In this document: in pieces, positions 12,202 through 22,002 of the stretch
Layout: the number at the start of each line of letters is the position of its first letter
Position numbering within the stretch: position 1 is the first letter of the stretch
Source of the DNA: an uncultured delta proteobacterium
GTDB lineage: Bacteria; Myxococcota_A; Polyangia; Palsa-1104
Direction: 5' to 3'
Length of the DNA: 64,000 nt
Assembly: GCA_963785725.1 (NCBI GenBank)
Contig: CAWAWS010000015.1
Span: forward strand, 160,001-224,000
Notes under the pieces: generated by a model
What the model saw: the letters and a program-made list of their open reading frames with translations, nothing else
What the model was told of the DNA's origin: nothing
Databases searched by the model: none
Made by a program: the position numbers and the translations under genes

Positions 12202-13823
12202 GCCGCCGTTTCATCGCGCTCTTGCTGCTCGCGTCGGCCTGTCACCACTTCAACCACGTGCGCTTCGAAGACCGCGCCATCTTGTGGCACTGGCCCGACG
12301 ATCGCCCGATTCCGCTGCCGAAGACCGAGCGGCTCGGCATCTACTGGGAAGGCGTGCGCGACGCGGTGATCGCGCCCGCCGATCGCGTGCTGTCGATCGA
12401 AACGGCGAGCGAAGCGGGCGACGTCAACGCGCTCGACGAGGCGCCCGATTCGACCTGGTTCCACGATCGGCGCCGCGTCGAGGGGCAAGCGCGGCCGCGC
12501 CGCTTCAGCGCCGACGAGATGGCGATGGGCGCGCTCGGTCCCGATGACGCGCCGGTCTTGCCGCTGACGGTGACCGAAGGCAAAGGCATCGGCGCGACGC
12601 CCGGCTTCGTCGCCACGGACGCGCGCGGCGTGAAGTACCTGGTGAAGCTCGATCCCTTGGAATATTTGGGGCTGACGACGCAGACGGAGCTGGTGGTGAC
12701 GCGTCTGGCGTGGGCGGCCGGCTGGCTCGTGCCCGGCCTCGCTATCATCGACATTCAGCCGGACACGCTGCTCTTGTCGCCCAAAGCCTACGCGAAAGAC
12801 AACTACGGCGAGAAGCAGCCGTTTACGCACGAGCACCTGGCGAAGATGGTGCAAAAGATGCCGCGCAACAAGCAGGACGGCAGCGTGCGCATGCTCGTCA
12901 GCCGCTGGCTCGAAGGCGTCAACATCGGCGAATTCGCCTACAAAGGCCGGCGCCGTGACGATCCCAACGACGTCATCGAGCATCAGCAGCGGCGCGTATT
13001 GCGCGCGTTCGGCGTCTTCTGCTCGTGGGTCAACAACGTCGATACGCTGCAGAACAACACGCTCGACATGTACCAAGGCAAGCCGGGGCAAGGCCACGTC
13101 GTCCACTACGAGCAGGACATCGGCGGCTCGTTCGGCAACTTCGCCGGCGTGCCCGAGGCGTATTGGAGCGGCACCGAGACGTTCTTCGACGCCAGCCTGG
13201 TCGTGCGGTCGTTCTTGACGCTCGGCTTTTGGCCGCGCCCGTGGGATGACGCCGAATATCGCGCGCGCAAAGACGCCCTGCGTAACCAGTGGCCGGAGAT
13301 GGGTAACTTCGACGCCGAGCGCTTCGTGCCGCGCAAGTGGGAGCCGGCGATCGAGAACGCGGCGTTCGTGCGCATGACCGAGCGCGATCGCTATTGGGGC
13401 GCCAAGCGCATCGTCGCCATCGACGGCAACGAGCTGCGCGCGGCCGTCGGCGCCGGCAAATACCGACCGGACGCGAGCGAGCACCTGTTCGACATCTTGT
13501 GGAAGCGGCGCCAGCTCATCGCGCACGACTTCTTCTCGCGCATCGCCGCGCTCGACCACTTCGCGCTCGACAAAGCCGGGCGCAGCCTGTGCTTCGACGA
13601 CTTGTGGATCGAAGCCGGCCTCGGCGGCGAGAACGCGACGGCCTATCGGAGCGATCCCGACGTCGTCGTGCGCGATCGTTGCCTGCAGCTGCCGGCCGGG
13701 GTCGGCTATCGCATCGTGTCGCTGGCCGCGCGGCGACCGGGCGAGCGGCACTTCGGCGCCGCCGTCCGCGTACACGTCGTGCAGGAAGCCGGCAAGAGCC
13801 GCATCATCGGCATCGAACGTTGA
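12198..13823 (+). CDS. Uncharacterised lipoprotein with atypical kinase-like motifs
   Basis: ATG overlaps the Omp85 stop (ATGA). Lipobox LLASAC. Motifs GxTPGF, YLVK, ELVVTRL, NNVDTLQNN, DIGGSF. Confidence 0.75.
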   Translation: MSRRFIALLLLASACHHFNHVRFEDRAILWHWPDDRPIPLPKTERLGIYWEGVRDAVIAPADRVLSIETASEAGDVNALDEAPDSTWFHDRRRVEGQARPRRFSADEMAMGALGPDDAPVLPLTVTEGKGIGATPGFVATDARGVKYLVKLDPLEYLGLTTQTELVVTRLAWAAGWLVPGLAIIDIQPDTLLLSPKAYAKDNYGEKQPFTHEHLAKMVQKMPRNKQDGSVRMLVSRWLEGVNIGEFAYKGRRRDDPNDVIEHQQRRVLRAFGVFCSWVNNVDTLQNNTLDMYQGKPGQGHVVHYEQDIGGSFGNFAGVPEAYWSGTETFFDASLVVRSFLTLGFWPRPWDDAEYRARKDALRNQWPEMGNFDAERFVPRKWEPAIENAAFVRMTERDRYWGAKRIVAIDGNELRAAVGAGKYRPDASEHLFDILWKRRQLIAHDFFSRIAALDHFALDKAGRSLCFDDLWIEAGLGGENATAYRSDPDVVVRDRCLQLPAGVGYRIVSLAARRPGERHFGAAVRVHVVQEAGKSRIIGIER

Positions 13824-13876
13824 CCCGTCAGTAGCTTCGCCGCCGCGCAGATGCGATGATGGCGCCGGGAGGGATC

Positions 13877-14299
13877 ATGAGACGACGAGCGTTCCTCGCT
13901 GCAGGTGCAGGCATTGTCGCCGCCGCGACGTCACTGAAGGCGCAGGCGGCGCCCGCCAAGCCGGCAGCCGCCGGCAGCATGTCCGGCGTCGCCGACGCCG
14001 CCAGCGACTGCGTGCGCAAAGGCGAAGTCTGTCTGCAGCATTGTCTGGCCATGTTGGCGACGGGCGATCAGTCGATGGCCGCCTGCTCCAAAACCGTGCG
14101 CGACGTGTTGGCGACGAGCCGCGCGCTCGAGACGCTGGCCGCCACCAACGGCCCGCACGCGCTGGCGATGGCCAAAGTCGCCGCCGACGCGGCGCGCGAC
14201 TGCCAGGCCGAGTGCGCCAAGCACGCGCAGCATCCGCCGTGTAAAGAGTGCGGCGACGCCTGCGGCCGCCTCATCGCCGCCATCGCCAAGCTGGGCTGA
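13877..14299 (+). CDS. csp1: Csp1-like four-helix-bundle copper storage protein, Tat-exported
   Basis: Tat signal MRRRAFL. Repeated CxxxC and CxxC motifs, CAKHAQHPPCKECGDAC. Confidence 0.8.
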   Translation: MRRRAFLAAGAGIVAAATSLKAQAAPAKPAAAGSMSGVADAASDCVRKGEVCLQHCLAMLATGDQSMAACSKTVRDVLATSRALETLAATNGPHALAMAKVAADAARDCQAECAKHAQHPPCKECGDACGRLIAAIAKLG

Positions 14300-14315
14300 G
14301 CGCCGGAGACGTCGT

Positions 14316-14990
14316 TCAGAGGCGGAAGCGCATGACGCCGGTCAGCGTCGACAAATCGCCGCCCGAGATGCTGTCGATCTTCGAGAAGCTCTCGCCGAAC
14401 TGGAAGTGATAGGTCGCCTCGATGGCAAAGCTGACGTGCCACGTGATCGGCACCTCGAGCCCGAACCCGACCGGAATCGCCGGCTCCGTCGTCGAATTCA
14501 GCCCCGACAAGGCGCGCGCGTCGCGTGCGCCCATCAGCTGGAAATTGTAGACGCCCACGCCCGAGAACACGTACGGCCGCACCCACGGCACCGGCAGCGT
14601 CAAGCGCACGATGAAGTCGCCCGACGACAGCACGTAGTTGACGTCGCCGCCGACGGTGACGCTGCCCTTGCCGTCGAGCCAGGCGCCGAAGTAGCGCGCC
14701 TCGAAGCCCAGCCACGACAGGACGTCGACGCCGAGGCGCACGCCCCACGCCGGACCGGCGCTGGTGACGCTGCCGACGCCGTCGTCGAACGCGAACGGAT
14801 GGCCCTCCTCCAAGTGGCCGCCGCCGAACTCGAAGCCCCAGGTCAACATCGGGCGGCGATGCGGCCGGCGCCAGCACTGACCGACGCCCATCCAGTTGTC
14901 GCGGCAGTAGTATTCGTCGTCGGCGCGCGCGCGGCCGGGCAAAACGAGGAGCACGAGCAAGGTCGAGAGGATGACGATTCGTGCGCTCAC
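14316..14990 (-). CDS. Small outer-membrane beta-barrel protein (OmpA-like TM domain)
   Basis: Signal peptide (GTG 14990). Strands GFEARY, VRPYVFSGVG, IPVGFGLEV, terminal GVMRFRL. Confidence 0.78.
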   Translation of the reverse strand: MSARIVILSTLLVLLVLPGRARADDEYYCRDNWMGVGQCWRRPHRRPMLTWGFEFGGGHLEEGHPFAFDDGVGSVTSAGPAWGVRLGVDVLSWLGFEARYFGAWLDGKGSVTVGGDVNYVLSSGDFIVRLTLPVPWVRPYVFSGVGVYNFQLMGARDARALSGLNSTTEPAIPVGFGLEVPITWHVSFAIEATYHFQFGESFSKIDSISGGDLSTLTGVMRFRL

Positions 14991-15104
14991 GAAGTGTCCT
15001 TTCGCGTCGAGCCAGCGAGCGCCGCCACCCGATCCGAACGGCGCGCGCTCGCACCCCAAGACATGAGCGCCGAGCGCGTCGTTTCAAGCCGCCGCGCGGG
15101 AAAT

Positions 15105-15362
15105 TCAGTCGTCGTCGGCTTCGAGCAGCTCGTCGACGATGGCGTGCGCGATGAACGCGGCGGCTTCCGGCGGCTTGGCGCACACGTCCGCGGCCGCCTC
15201 GGCGACGACGAATGACCAGCGCCGATGCCCGCGCGCCCACTCGACGAACGGCGCCGCCTGCCCGCCGACCGCCGCCGCTGCCAGCCGCCAGCCGTCGCGC
15301 GCCCAGCCGTCGCGATCGCTGCGCGCCTGCGCCAAAAGCCGCGCGATCAGTGCCTCGAACAT
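15105..15362 (-). CDS. Small hypothetical protein
   Basis: ATG 16 nt after the PLD stop. Protein-like composition, no recognised domain. Confidence 0.45.
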   Translation of the reverse strand: MFEALIARLLAQARSDRDGWARDGWRLAAAAVGGQAAPFVEWARGHRRWSFVVAEAAADVCAKPPEAAAFIAHAIVDELLEADDD

Positions 15363-15378
15363 AGAGAGAGAGTAGCGG

Positions 15379-16560
15379 TTAAAGCGCGGTGCCGGCGGCA
15401 AAGTCGGCGCGAACGGTGGTCTGCACCTTCGCCACTTCCGAAGGCGCGCCGATGACGAGCCCGAGCTCGCGGTTCATGTTCAGCGAGTTGTCGGTGAAGT
15501 TCTCCGAGCCGACAAAGGCGCGCACGCTGTCGATGACGATCGCCTTGGCGTGCAGATAGGGATTGGCCAGCTCCACGACCGGGATGTTGTGCGCCTTGAG
15601 CGTCGTCACCGCCGACTGCTGCGCCGACGTCAGCGTGTTGTTCGGCAGCGCGATCTTGACGACCACTTTGGCGTCTGCCCGCGCCGTCAGCGCATTGACC
15701 ATCTGCGTATCGCTCAGCTCTTCCACTTCCAGATCGATCGTCGAGGTCGCGCCTTGAATCAGCGTCACCAGCTTGCTCTGCGAGTTCGTCGGCGACACCA
15801 ACAGCGGCCCCGTCGTCGTCGCCGTGGTCATGGCGTAATCGGACTGAAAGATCGACTCGGCTTCGGCGACATCGGTCGGATCGGTGTCGATCGCCAGATA
15901 CTCGCGGTTCGTCTGCGCCGACGACTGCGTGGCGTTCATCGTCATGATCCACGCCGTCGTCCCGTCGAGGATGACGCACTTTTCGTGCGTGTAGACGAAC
16001 GCCGACGACGACCACACCGTGGGCACCGCCGGCGACGCCGTCGTCAAGGTCGTGTAGCTGGCCGCGTTCGTGGCGCTCGCCGCCGTGCCCGACGGAAACG
16101 TCGTATTGAGTATGACTTTGACGTCGAGCCCCGCCTTCTGCTTGGCGATGAGCGCGTTCATGATCTTCGTGTTCGTCAGCAGATACATCGTCATGTGGAT
16201 CGACTTCGTCGCCGCGTTGATCGCGTTGATGAGCCCCTGCGTGTTGTCGCTCGGCTCGACGATGATCGTGACCGACGAGGTCGTGCCCACGCCGCCGCCG
16301 TCGGAGGTCACCGGCGTCATCGCCATGTCGCCCGGCGTCTCCGGCGAACCGCCGCCGCCGCCGTTGGAACCGCCGCCACCGCCATTGGAACCGCCGCCGC
16401 CACCGCCGGCCTCGCCGCCGCCGCTGCTGATCGCGTCGTGCGTCGTCGTGCAGCCGGCCGCCATGCACGCGAACGCGAAGATGAGGCCACCGGCGAGCAG
16501 ACAGGCGACGGCAAAGAGCAGCCCAGCGATGCCTTTGGAGCCCAAGCTTCGATCTCTCAT
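15379..16560 (-). CDS. Secreted phospholipase D-like protein with two HKD motifs
   Basis: HEKCVILD and HAKAIVID...GSEN...NRELG. Hydrophobic N-terminus with a possible lipobox and a Gly linker. Confidence 0.88.
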   Translation of the reverse strand: MRDRSLGSKGIAGLLFAVACLLAGGLIFAFACMAAGCTTTHDAISSGGGEAGGGGGGSNGGGGGSNGGGGGSPETPGDMAMTPVTSDGGGVGTTSSVTIIVEPSDNTQGLINAINAATKSIHMTMYLLTNTKIMNALIAKQKAGLDVKVILNTTFPSGTAASATNAASYTTLTTASPAVPTVWSSSAFVYTHEKCVILDGTTAWIMTMNATQSSAQTNREYLAIDTDPTDVAEAESIFQSDYAMTTATTTGPLLVSPTNSQSKLVTLIQGATSTIDLEVEELSDTQMVNALTARADAKVVVKIALPNNTLTSAQQSAVTTLKAHNIPVVELANPYLHAKAIVIDSVRAFVGSENFTDNSLNMNRELGLVIGAPSEVAKVQTTVRADFAAGTAL

Positions 16561-16725
16561 GCTGTTGGCTAATGGCCCGAGCGCGCCCTTTCCTTCACGA
16601 AAATGTCACTAGCGCGCCCGTTTGGCTGCAACTCGCCGTCCGCAGCCATAGCGTCATTCAGTGCAAACGACTGTTCGCCCACGCCGCTCGCGCGGCTGTT
16701 TACGCGCGGCCGGCTCGACGCGGCT

Positions 16726-16870
16726 AAACAGTGTCGCGTGGCTTGAGAGACAAGCGAGAGACAAAGGAGGGAGCGAGGAGCCGGCGCAGCATACGTTTTG
16801 GTATGTGAGCAGGCACCGCAGCGCCGGACGCTGGATCTCGCGATGGATCACAAGCCACGCGACACTGTTT
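16726..16870. repeat. 145-bp palindromic element with 20-bp perfect terminal inverted repeats (MITE/RPE-like)
   Basis: AAACAGTGTCGCGTGGCTTG (16726-16745) and CAAGCCACGCGACACTGTTT (16851-16870). Internal hairpin CATAC-N6-GTATG. Confidence 0.8.
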
Positions 16871-17916
16871 TAGCTGACCGCGCGGCTCGGCGTGCGCTCG
16901 GCGAACGCGTGCGCGACCAGCTCGTAGGAGCGCAGTCGGGCCGCGGCTTCGTAGGCGTGCGTCGCCACCATGACCTCGTCGGCGCCGCTCTTCTGCGCCA
17001 GCGCTTCGATTTGCGCACGCACGCGCGCCGGCGTGCCGACGATCTGCACGCGCCGATAGAACGCCAGCGCCGCCTGCTCGTCGGGCGAGAACACATGCGC
17101 CAGCGCGTCGTCGGGGCTCGGCAGGCGACCGGGGCGACCGGCGCGCAGCTCGGCGAAGGCGACGCGCATCGACGCCGACATGCGCTCGGCCTCGCCGTCG
17201 CTGTCGGCGCAAAAGACCGAGAGCGCCAGGATCGCGTGCGGCCGCTGCAGCGCGCCCGGCACGAAGCGCTGCCGATAGAGCCGCATCGCCGCTTCCGGCG
17301 GATCGGGGCTGAAGTGACCGGCGAACGCGAAGCCGAGGCCGAGCTCGGCCGCCAGCCGTGCCGAGTAGTCGCTCGAGCCGAGCAGCCACACCGGCGGCAG
17401 CGGCACGTCGTCGGGCATGACGTGGATGCGCGCGAACGGATGGCTCGGCGGCAGCGTCCCGGCGCCGTATCCGCGCAGTTCCTCGAGCTGCTCGACGAAG
17501 TCGTCGGCGCCGAGCGCGGCCCGCGAGCGGCGCAGCGCCAGCGCAGTCAGCCCGTCGGTGCCGGGCGCGCGGCCGATGCCGAGGTCGATGCGACCGGGCG
17601 CCAGCGCCTCCAATAAACGATAGGACTCCGCAATCTTCAGCGGCGAATGATTGGGGAGCATGACGCCGCCGGCGCCGAGCCGAATCCGCGACGTCTGATG
17701 CGCCACGTGCGCGATCATGATCTCCGGCGCCGTCGTGGCGATGCCGGGCATGTTGTGATGCTCGGCGTACCACAGCCGCTCGTAGCCGAACGCCTCGACG
17801 CCGCGCGCCAGCTCCACCGACGAGCGCAGCGCGTCGGCGCTGGAGTAGCCGCGGCCGAGCGGCACCAAGTCGAGCACCGACAGCGGCAGGCGAGGGCGCG
17901 CGTCGGGGCCACTCAT
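16870..17916 (-). CDS. LLM-class (luciferase-like) flavin-dependent oxidoreductase
   Basis: LSVLDL, WYAEHH, RIRLGAGGVMLPNHSP, PGRIDLGIGRAPG, WLLGSS. Confidence 0.93.
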   Translation of the reverse strand: MSGPDARPRLPLSVLDLVPLGRGYSSADALRSSVELARGVEAFGYERLWYAEHHNMPGIATTAPEIMIAHVAHQTSRIRLGAGGVMLPNHSPLKIAESYRLLEALAPGRIDLGIGRAPGTDGLTALALRRSRAALGADDFVEQLEELRGYGAGTLPPSHPFARIHVMPDDVPLPPVWLLGSSDYSARLAAELGLGFAFAGHFSPDPPEAAMRLYRQRFVPGALQRPHAILALSVFCADSDGEAERMSASMRVAFAELRAGRPGRLPSPDDALAHVFSPDEQAALAFYRRVQIVGTPARVRAQIEALAQKSGADEVMVATHAYEAAARLRSYELVAHAFAERTPSRAVS

Positions 17917-18105
17917 CGCGCCACCTCCACCGACGTTCGCTGCCCGCTTCCTGCTCGACCCAAGCGCATCCGTGCCTCCTCGCTCGTCAATGTGCGGAGG
18001 CGAGCCGACCGCCGCAACGACATCTTCGGGCGCGGCGACGCATTCCTGACGCGCTGGGGAATTCCGCTGTGGCTGTCGTAACCAATCAGAAGTGGAATTC
18101 GTTGG

Positions 18106-18161
18106 GTGAATTTATATTCACATTTCGAATTGACAGTACGTCATAGTGAATTCATATTCGT
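18106..18161 (+). promoter_or_regulatory. sigma70 promoter with two TetR-type operators
   Basis: TTGACA (18130-35), 17 nt, CATATT (18153-58). Palindrome GTGAATTTATATTCAC (18106-21) and copy GTGAATTCATATTCGT (18146-61) over the -10. GGAGG at 18171. Confidence 0.75.
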
Positions 18162-18182
18162 CTTCGGAACGGAGGTTCACAG

Positions 18183-18860
18183 ATGCGAGACGTCGAATCC
18201 CCTGCGCGCCGCAAGCCCGGCCTCCGCGCCGAAGCCAAAGAGATCTTTCGTGACGCCATCTTACGCGCCGCCGAGGAAGAGCTGGCCGAGCATGGCTTTC
18301 ATGCCGCCCGCATCTCCGACATCGCCAAGCGCGCCCGCGTCGGCGTCGGCACCGTCTACAACCACTTCGCGCAGAAGGAAGACATCGTGCGCGCGCTGTT
18401 GTTGGAGCGGCTGCCCGACGTCATCGACGAGCTGGCCCCGCGCGCCGGCGACCCGAGCGACTGGGTCGGCTCATTTCGCGCGCGCATGGACCGCATGCAC
18501 GCGTACATCGAGGCGAATCGGCATTTCTATCTGGTCGGCTGCCAGATCGGCCTCTTCGGCCGCAGCGCCAACGCCGGCTCCGACGAGATCCCGAGCTCGT
18601 ACTCCGATCCGCGCGTCGCTCGGCTCATCGGCACCGTCGAAAGCATGATTCGCGAGGGCATCGACGCCGGATTCATCGCCGGCGATCCCGTGCGCCTGAC
18701 GCGCTTCCTCATGGGCGGCACGAAGAGCCTCTTATTGGGCGCCATGTCCGAAGGTGCCGTCCGCTTCAAGCCCGAGGGCGATTTCGCTCTCGACCTGTTT
18801 TTGAAGGCCGCCAGCTGTCCCGCGGCCGCCAGCACGGATCCGCACAAAGGAGAACGTTGA
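18183..18860 (+). CDS. TetR/AcrR family regulator
   Basis: ILRAA...GFHAARISDIAKRARVGVGTVYNHF..KE HTH. Confidence 0.93.
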   Translation: MRDVESPARRKPGLRAEAKEIFRDAILRAAEEELAEHGFHAARISDIAKRARVGVGTVYNHFAQKEDIVRALLLERLPDVIDELAPRAGDPSDWVGSFRARMDRMHAYIEANRHFYLVGCQIGLFGRSANAGSDEIPSSYSDPRVARLIGTVESMIREGIDAGFIAGDPVRLTRFLMGGTKSLLLGAMSEGAVRFKPEGDFALDLFLKAASCPAAASTDPHKGER

Positions 18861-18861
18861 T

Positions 18862-20130
18862 ATGTCCACCGCATCGTCCAATTCCTTGACCGCCGCCGAG
18901 GCTTTGCCGCTGCCGCCGCCCCCGACGGTCGAGCGCCGTCCGGTCGACGCCGACGCGGCGCCTGTCGAAAAGAGCGGGTCGAAGCGCATGGTGGCCATCG
19001 GTTTGGCCGTGCTGCTCGTCGGTGGCGCCGGGGCGTGGTGGGCGATGACGCGCGGCCTCGAGGACACCGATGACGCGCAGCTCGACGGCGACGTCGTCAA
19101 CGTGCCGGCGCGCACGAGCGGCGTCATCACGGCCGTGCACTTCGCCGACAATCAGACGGTGAAGTCGGGCGCGCTCTTGGCCGAGATCGACAGCGCGCCG
19201 GCGACGGCGAAGCTGGCGCAGGCAGAGGCCGAGCTGGCCTCGGCGCAGGCGTCCTTCGAGTCGGCGGCGGTGCAGGCGCAGCTCACGGGCACGAACGCGC
19301 GCGGCCAGCGCTCGGCGGCGCAAGCGTCGCTGCGCGGCGCCAAGGTGAACATCTCGACGACGCAGCAGCAGATCGCGGAGGCCGACGCGCAGCTGGCGGT
19401 GGCGACGGCGAACTTCAACAAGGCGCAGATCGATCTGACGCGCGCCAACACGCTCTTGCAGGCGAACGCCGTGCCGCAAGCGAACGTGGACTCGGCGAAG
19501 GCGGCGTTCGACGCGACGCAGGCGGCGGTGGCGCAGGCCAAGGCGCGCGCGGCCAGCGTGCGCTCGTCGACGGACGAAGTGGCGGCGCGCATCTCGGAAG
19601 CGAGCGCGCGCTTCACGCAGGCGGCGACGGTGCCGCAGCAGATCGCCGACGCCGACGCCAAGGCGAAGGTGGCGGCGGCGCGCGTGCAGACGGCCAAGGC
19701 GTCGCGCGATCTGGCGGCGCTCGAGCTGTCGTACACGAAGATCTTCGCGCCGCGCGACGGCGTCGTGTCCAAGCGCGCCATCAACGTCGGGCAGATGGTG
19801 ACGCCGGGAACGTCGATCGTCGCGCTCGTGCCGACGACGGAGCTGTGGGTGACGGGCAACTTCAAAGAGACGCAGCTTACGCACATGAAGCCGGGGCAGA
19901 AGGCGACGATCGAAGTCGACGCCTATGACATCAAGCTCGACGGCGTCGTCGACAGCTTCTCGGCGGCGACGGGCGCGCGCTTCACGCTGCTGCCGCCGGA
20001 CAACGCCACCGGCAACTACACGAAGATCGTGCAGCGCGTGCCGGTGCGCGTCGCGATCAAGAACCTGCCGACCGGGCTCATGTTGCGACCGGGCCTGAGC
20101 GTCGATCTGACCGTCGATACGCGTAACTAG
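18862..20130 (+). CDS. emrA: EmrA/HlyD-family efflux adaptor
   Basis: TDDAQLDG, coiled coil, APRDGVV, NFKETQL, LLPPDNATGNYTKIVQRVPVR. Confidence 0.93.
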   Translation: MSTASSNSLTAAEALPLPPPPTVERRPVDADAAPVEKSGSKRMVAIGLAVLLVGGAGAWWAMTRGLEDTDDAQLDGDVVNVPARTSGVITAVHFADNQTVKSGALLAEIDSAPATAKLAQAEAELASAQASFESAAVQAQLTGTNARGQRSAAQASLRGAKVNISTTQQQIAEADAQLAVATANFNKAQIDLTRANTLLQANAVPQANVDSAKAAFDATQAAVAQAKARAASVRSSTDEVAARISEASARFTQAATVPQQIADADAKAKVAAARVQTAKASRDLAALELSYTKIFAPRDGVVSKRAINVGQMVTPGTSIVALVPTTELWVTGNFKETQLTHMKPGQKATIEVDAYDIKLDGVVDSFSAATGARFTLLPPDNATGNYTKIVQRVPVRVAIKNLPTGLMLRPGLSVDLTVDTRN

Positions 20131-20171
20131 TCGCGATTTTTACCGCATTAGACCGTAGAAGGAGCCGCACC

Positions 20172-21767
20172 ATGTCCGCCGCCAGCGCCGCCGCCAGCCT
20201 TCCCGTCGCCCACGCGCGACCGGCGGCGGCCATCAACAAGTGGGCCATCGCCGCCGCCGTCGCGCTCGGCGCGCTGCTCGAGGTCGTCGACACCAGCATC
20301 GTCAACGTCGCGCTCACCGACATGCAGGCGTCGCTCGGCGCGACGCTCGAGCGAGGTCGAGCTGGGTCGTCTCCAGCTACGCCGTCGCCAACGTCATCAT
20401 CTTGCCGATGACGGCGTGGCTCGGCGATCGCTTCGGCAAGAAGCGCTACTTCGTCTTCTCGCTCATCGCGTTCACGCTGTCGTCGATTCTGTGCGGCTTC
20501 GCGACGACGCTGCCGATGCTCATCGTCGCGCGCGTCCTGCAAGGGCTCGGCGGCGGCGGTCTGCTCGCGAAGGCGCAGTCGATCCTCTTCGAGACGTTCC
20601 CGAAAGAGGAGCAGGCGATGGCGCAGGGCTTCTTCGGCGTCATCGTCATCGCCGGTCCGGCGATCGGCCCCACGCTCGGCGGCTGATCTGACGACCAACG
20701 TCAACTGGCGCTGGATCTTCTTCATCAACATTCCCGTCGGCATCGTCGCCGTCATCATGTGCCTGACGTTCTTGCCGAAGGACGAGGAGGGCACGCGTCG
20801 CCCCGGCGGCATCGACTGGCTGGCGATCGGCCTGCTCGTCGCCGGCTTGGGCGCGCTGCAGACGGTGCTCGAAGAAGGGCAGAGCGACGACTGGTTCGCG
20901 TCGACGTTCATTCGCGCCTTCTCGGTCATCGCGGTCGTGGGCATCGTCGCCTTCATCTGGCGCGAGCTGCGCACGAAGAATCCGGTCGTCGACCTGCGCG
21001 TCTTGAAGCATCGCTCGCTGTGGGCGGGCAGCATCCTGTCGGTCGTCATCGGCATGGCGCTGTACGGCGCGCTCTTCGCGGTGCCGATCTTCGCCGAGTC
21101 GATCATGCACTATACGTCGCAGCAGGTCGGCATGCTGCTCTTGCCGGGCGCGCTCGTCTCGGCGGTGATGATGCCGCTCGTCGCCAAGCTGCTCGGCAAA
21201 TACGACGCGCGCGTGCTCCTCGTGTTCGGCGCCCTGATCCTGGCCGGCGCCGTGCTGCAGCTGAGCCATATGTCGCCGCAGACGGGCGGCCGCGACTTCT
21301 TCTGGCCGCTGATTCTGCGCGCCATCGGCACGGTCATGATGTACTTGCCGCTGAGCATGGCGACGCTGGGGCCGATTCCGAAGAAGGACGTCTCGGCGGC
21401 GTCGGGCTTCTACAACCTGACCCGCCAGCTCGGCGGCTCCATCGGCGTCGCGCTCCTGACGACGATGTTGGCGCGCCGCAACGCCTTCCACCGCTCGATC
21501 CTCGTCGAGAAGTTGGGCGCCATCGCGCCGGCGGTCGTCGAGCGCGTGCATCAGCTGACCGGCGTGTTCTTGGCGCAAGGCTTCCCGCTCGCCGACGCGC
21601 AGACCAAGGCGCTCGCGGTGCTCGACGGCAGCGTCAGCCTGCAGGCGTCGGTGTTGTCGTTCGGCGATACGTTCTTGGCGACGGCGGTGCTCATCGTCAT
21701 CACGCTGCCGCTCGTGTTCCTGCTCGGCAAGGTCGACCGCGGCAGCAAAGTCGAGATGGGGCATTAG
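20172..21767 (+). CDS. emrB: DHA2/EmrB MFS efflux permease (frameshifts near 20350 and 20685)
   Basis: DTSIVNVAL, WLGDRFGKK, RVLQGLGGG, GPAIGPTLGG, WRWIFFINIP, RQLGGSIG, spread over three frames. Confidence 0.9.
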
Positions 21768-22002
21768 CCGCGACGACACCGCCCACGGTTCATGAGCGCA
21801 TCATGAATGATTCATGATCGCGTCCCGCCTACGTTTTTCGCCCGATAGCGAACGCCGATTTTTCCCCACGAAAGTAGATTCGCCCGCGCAGCGACGGTAG
21901 GCTGGCGCGCGCGGGTGGTCGTCCTGTGTGTCGTTTTCGCGCGACCCCTTGCAACGGCTACAGCGGTGCTTGTACTTCCGCGAGCCCTAGACAAGGAGCC
22001 CT

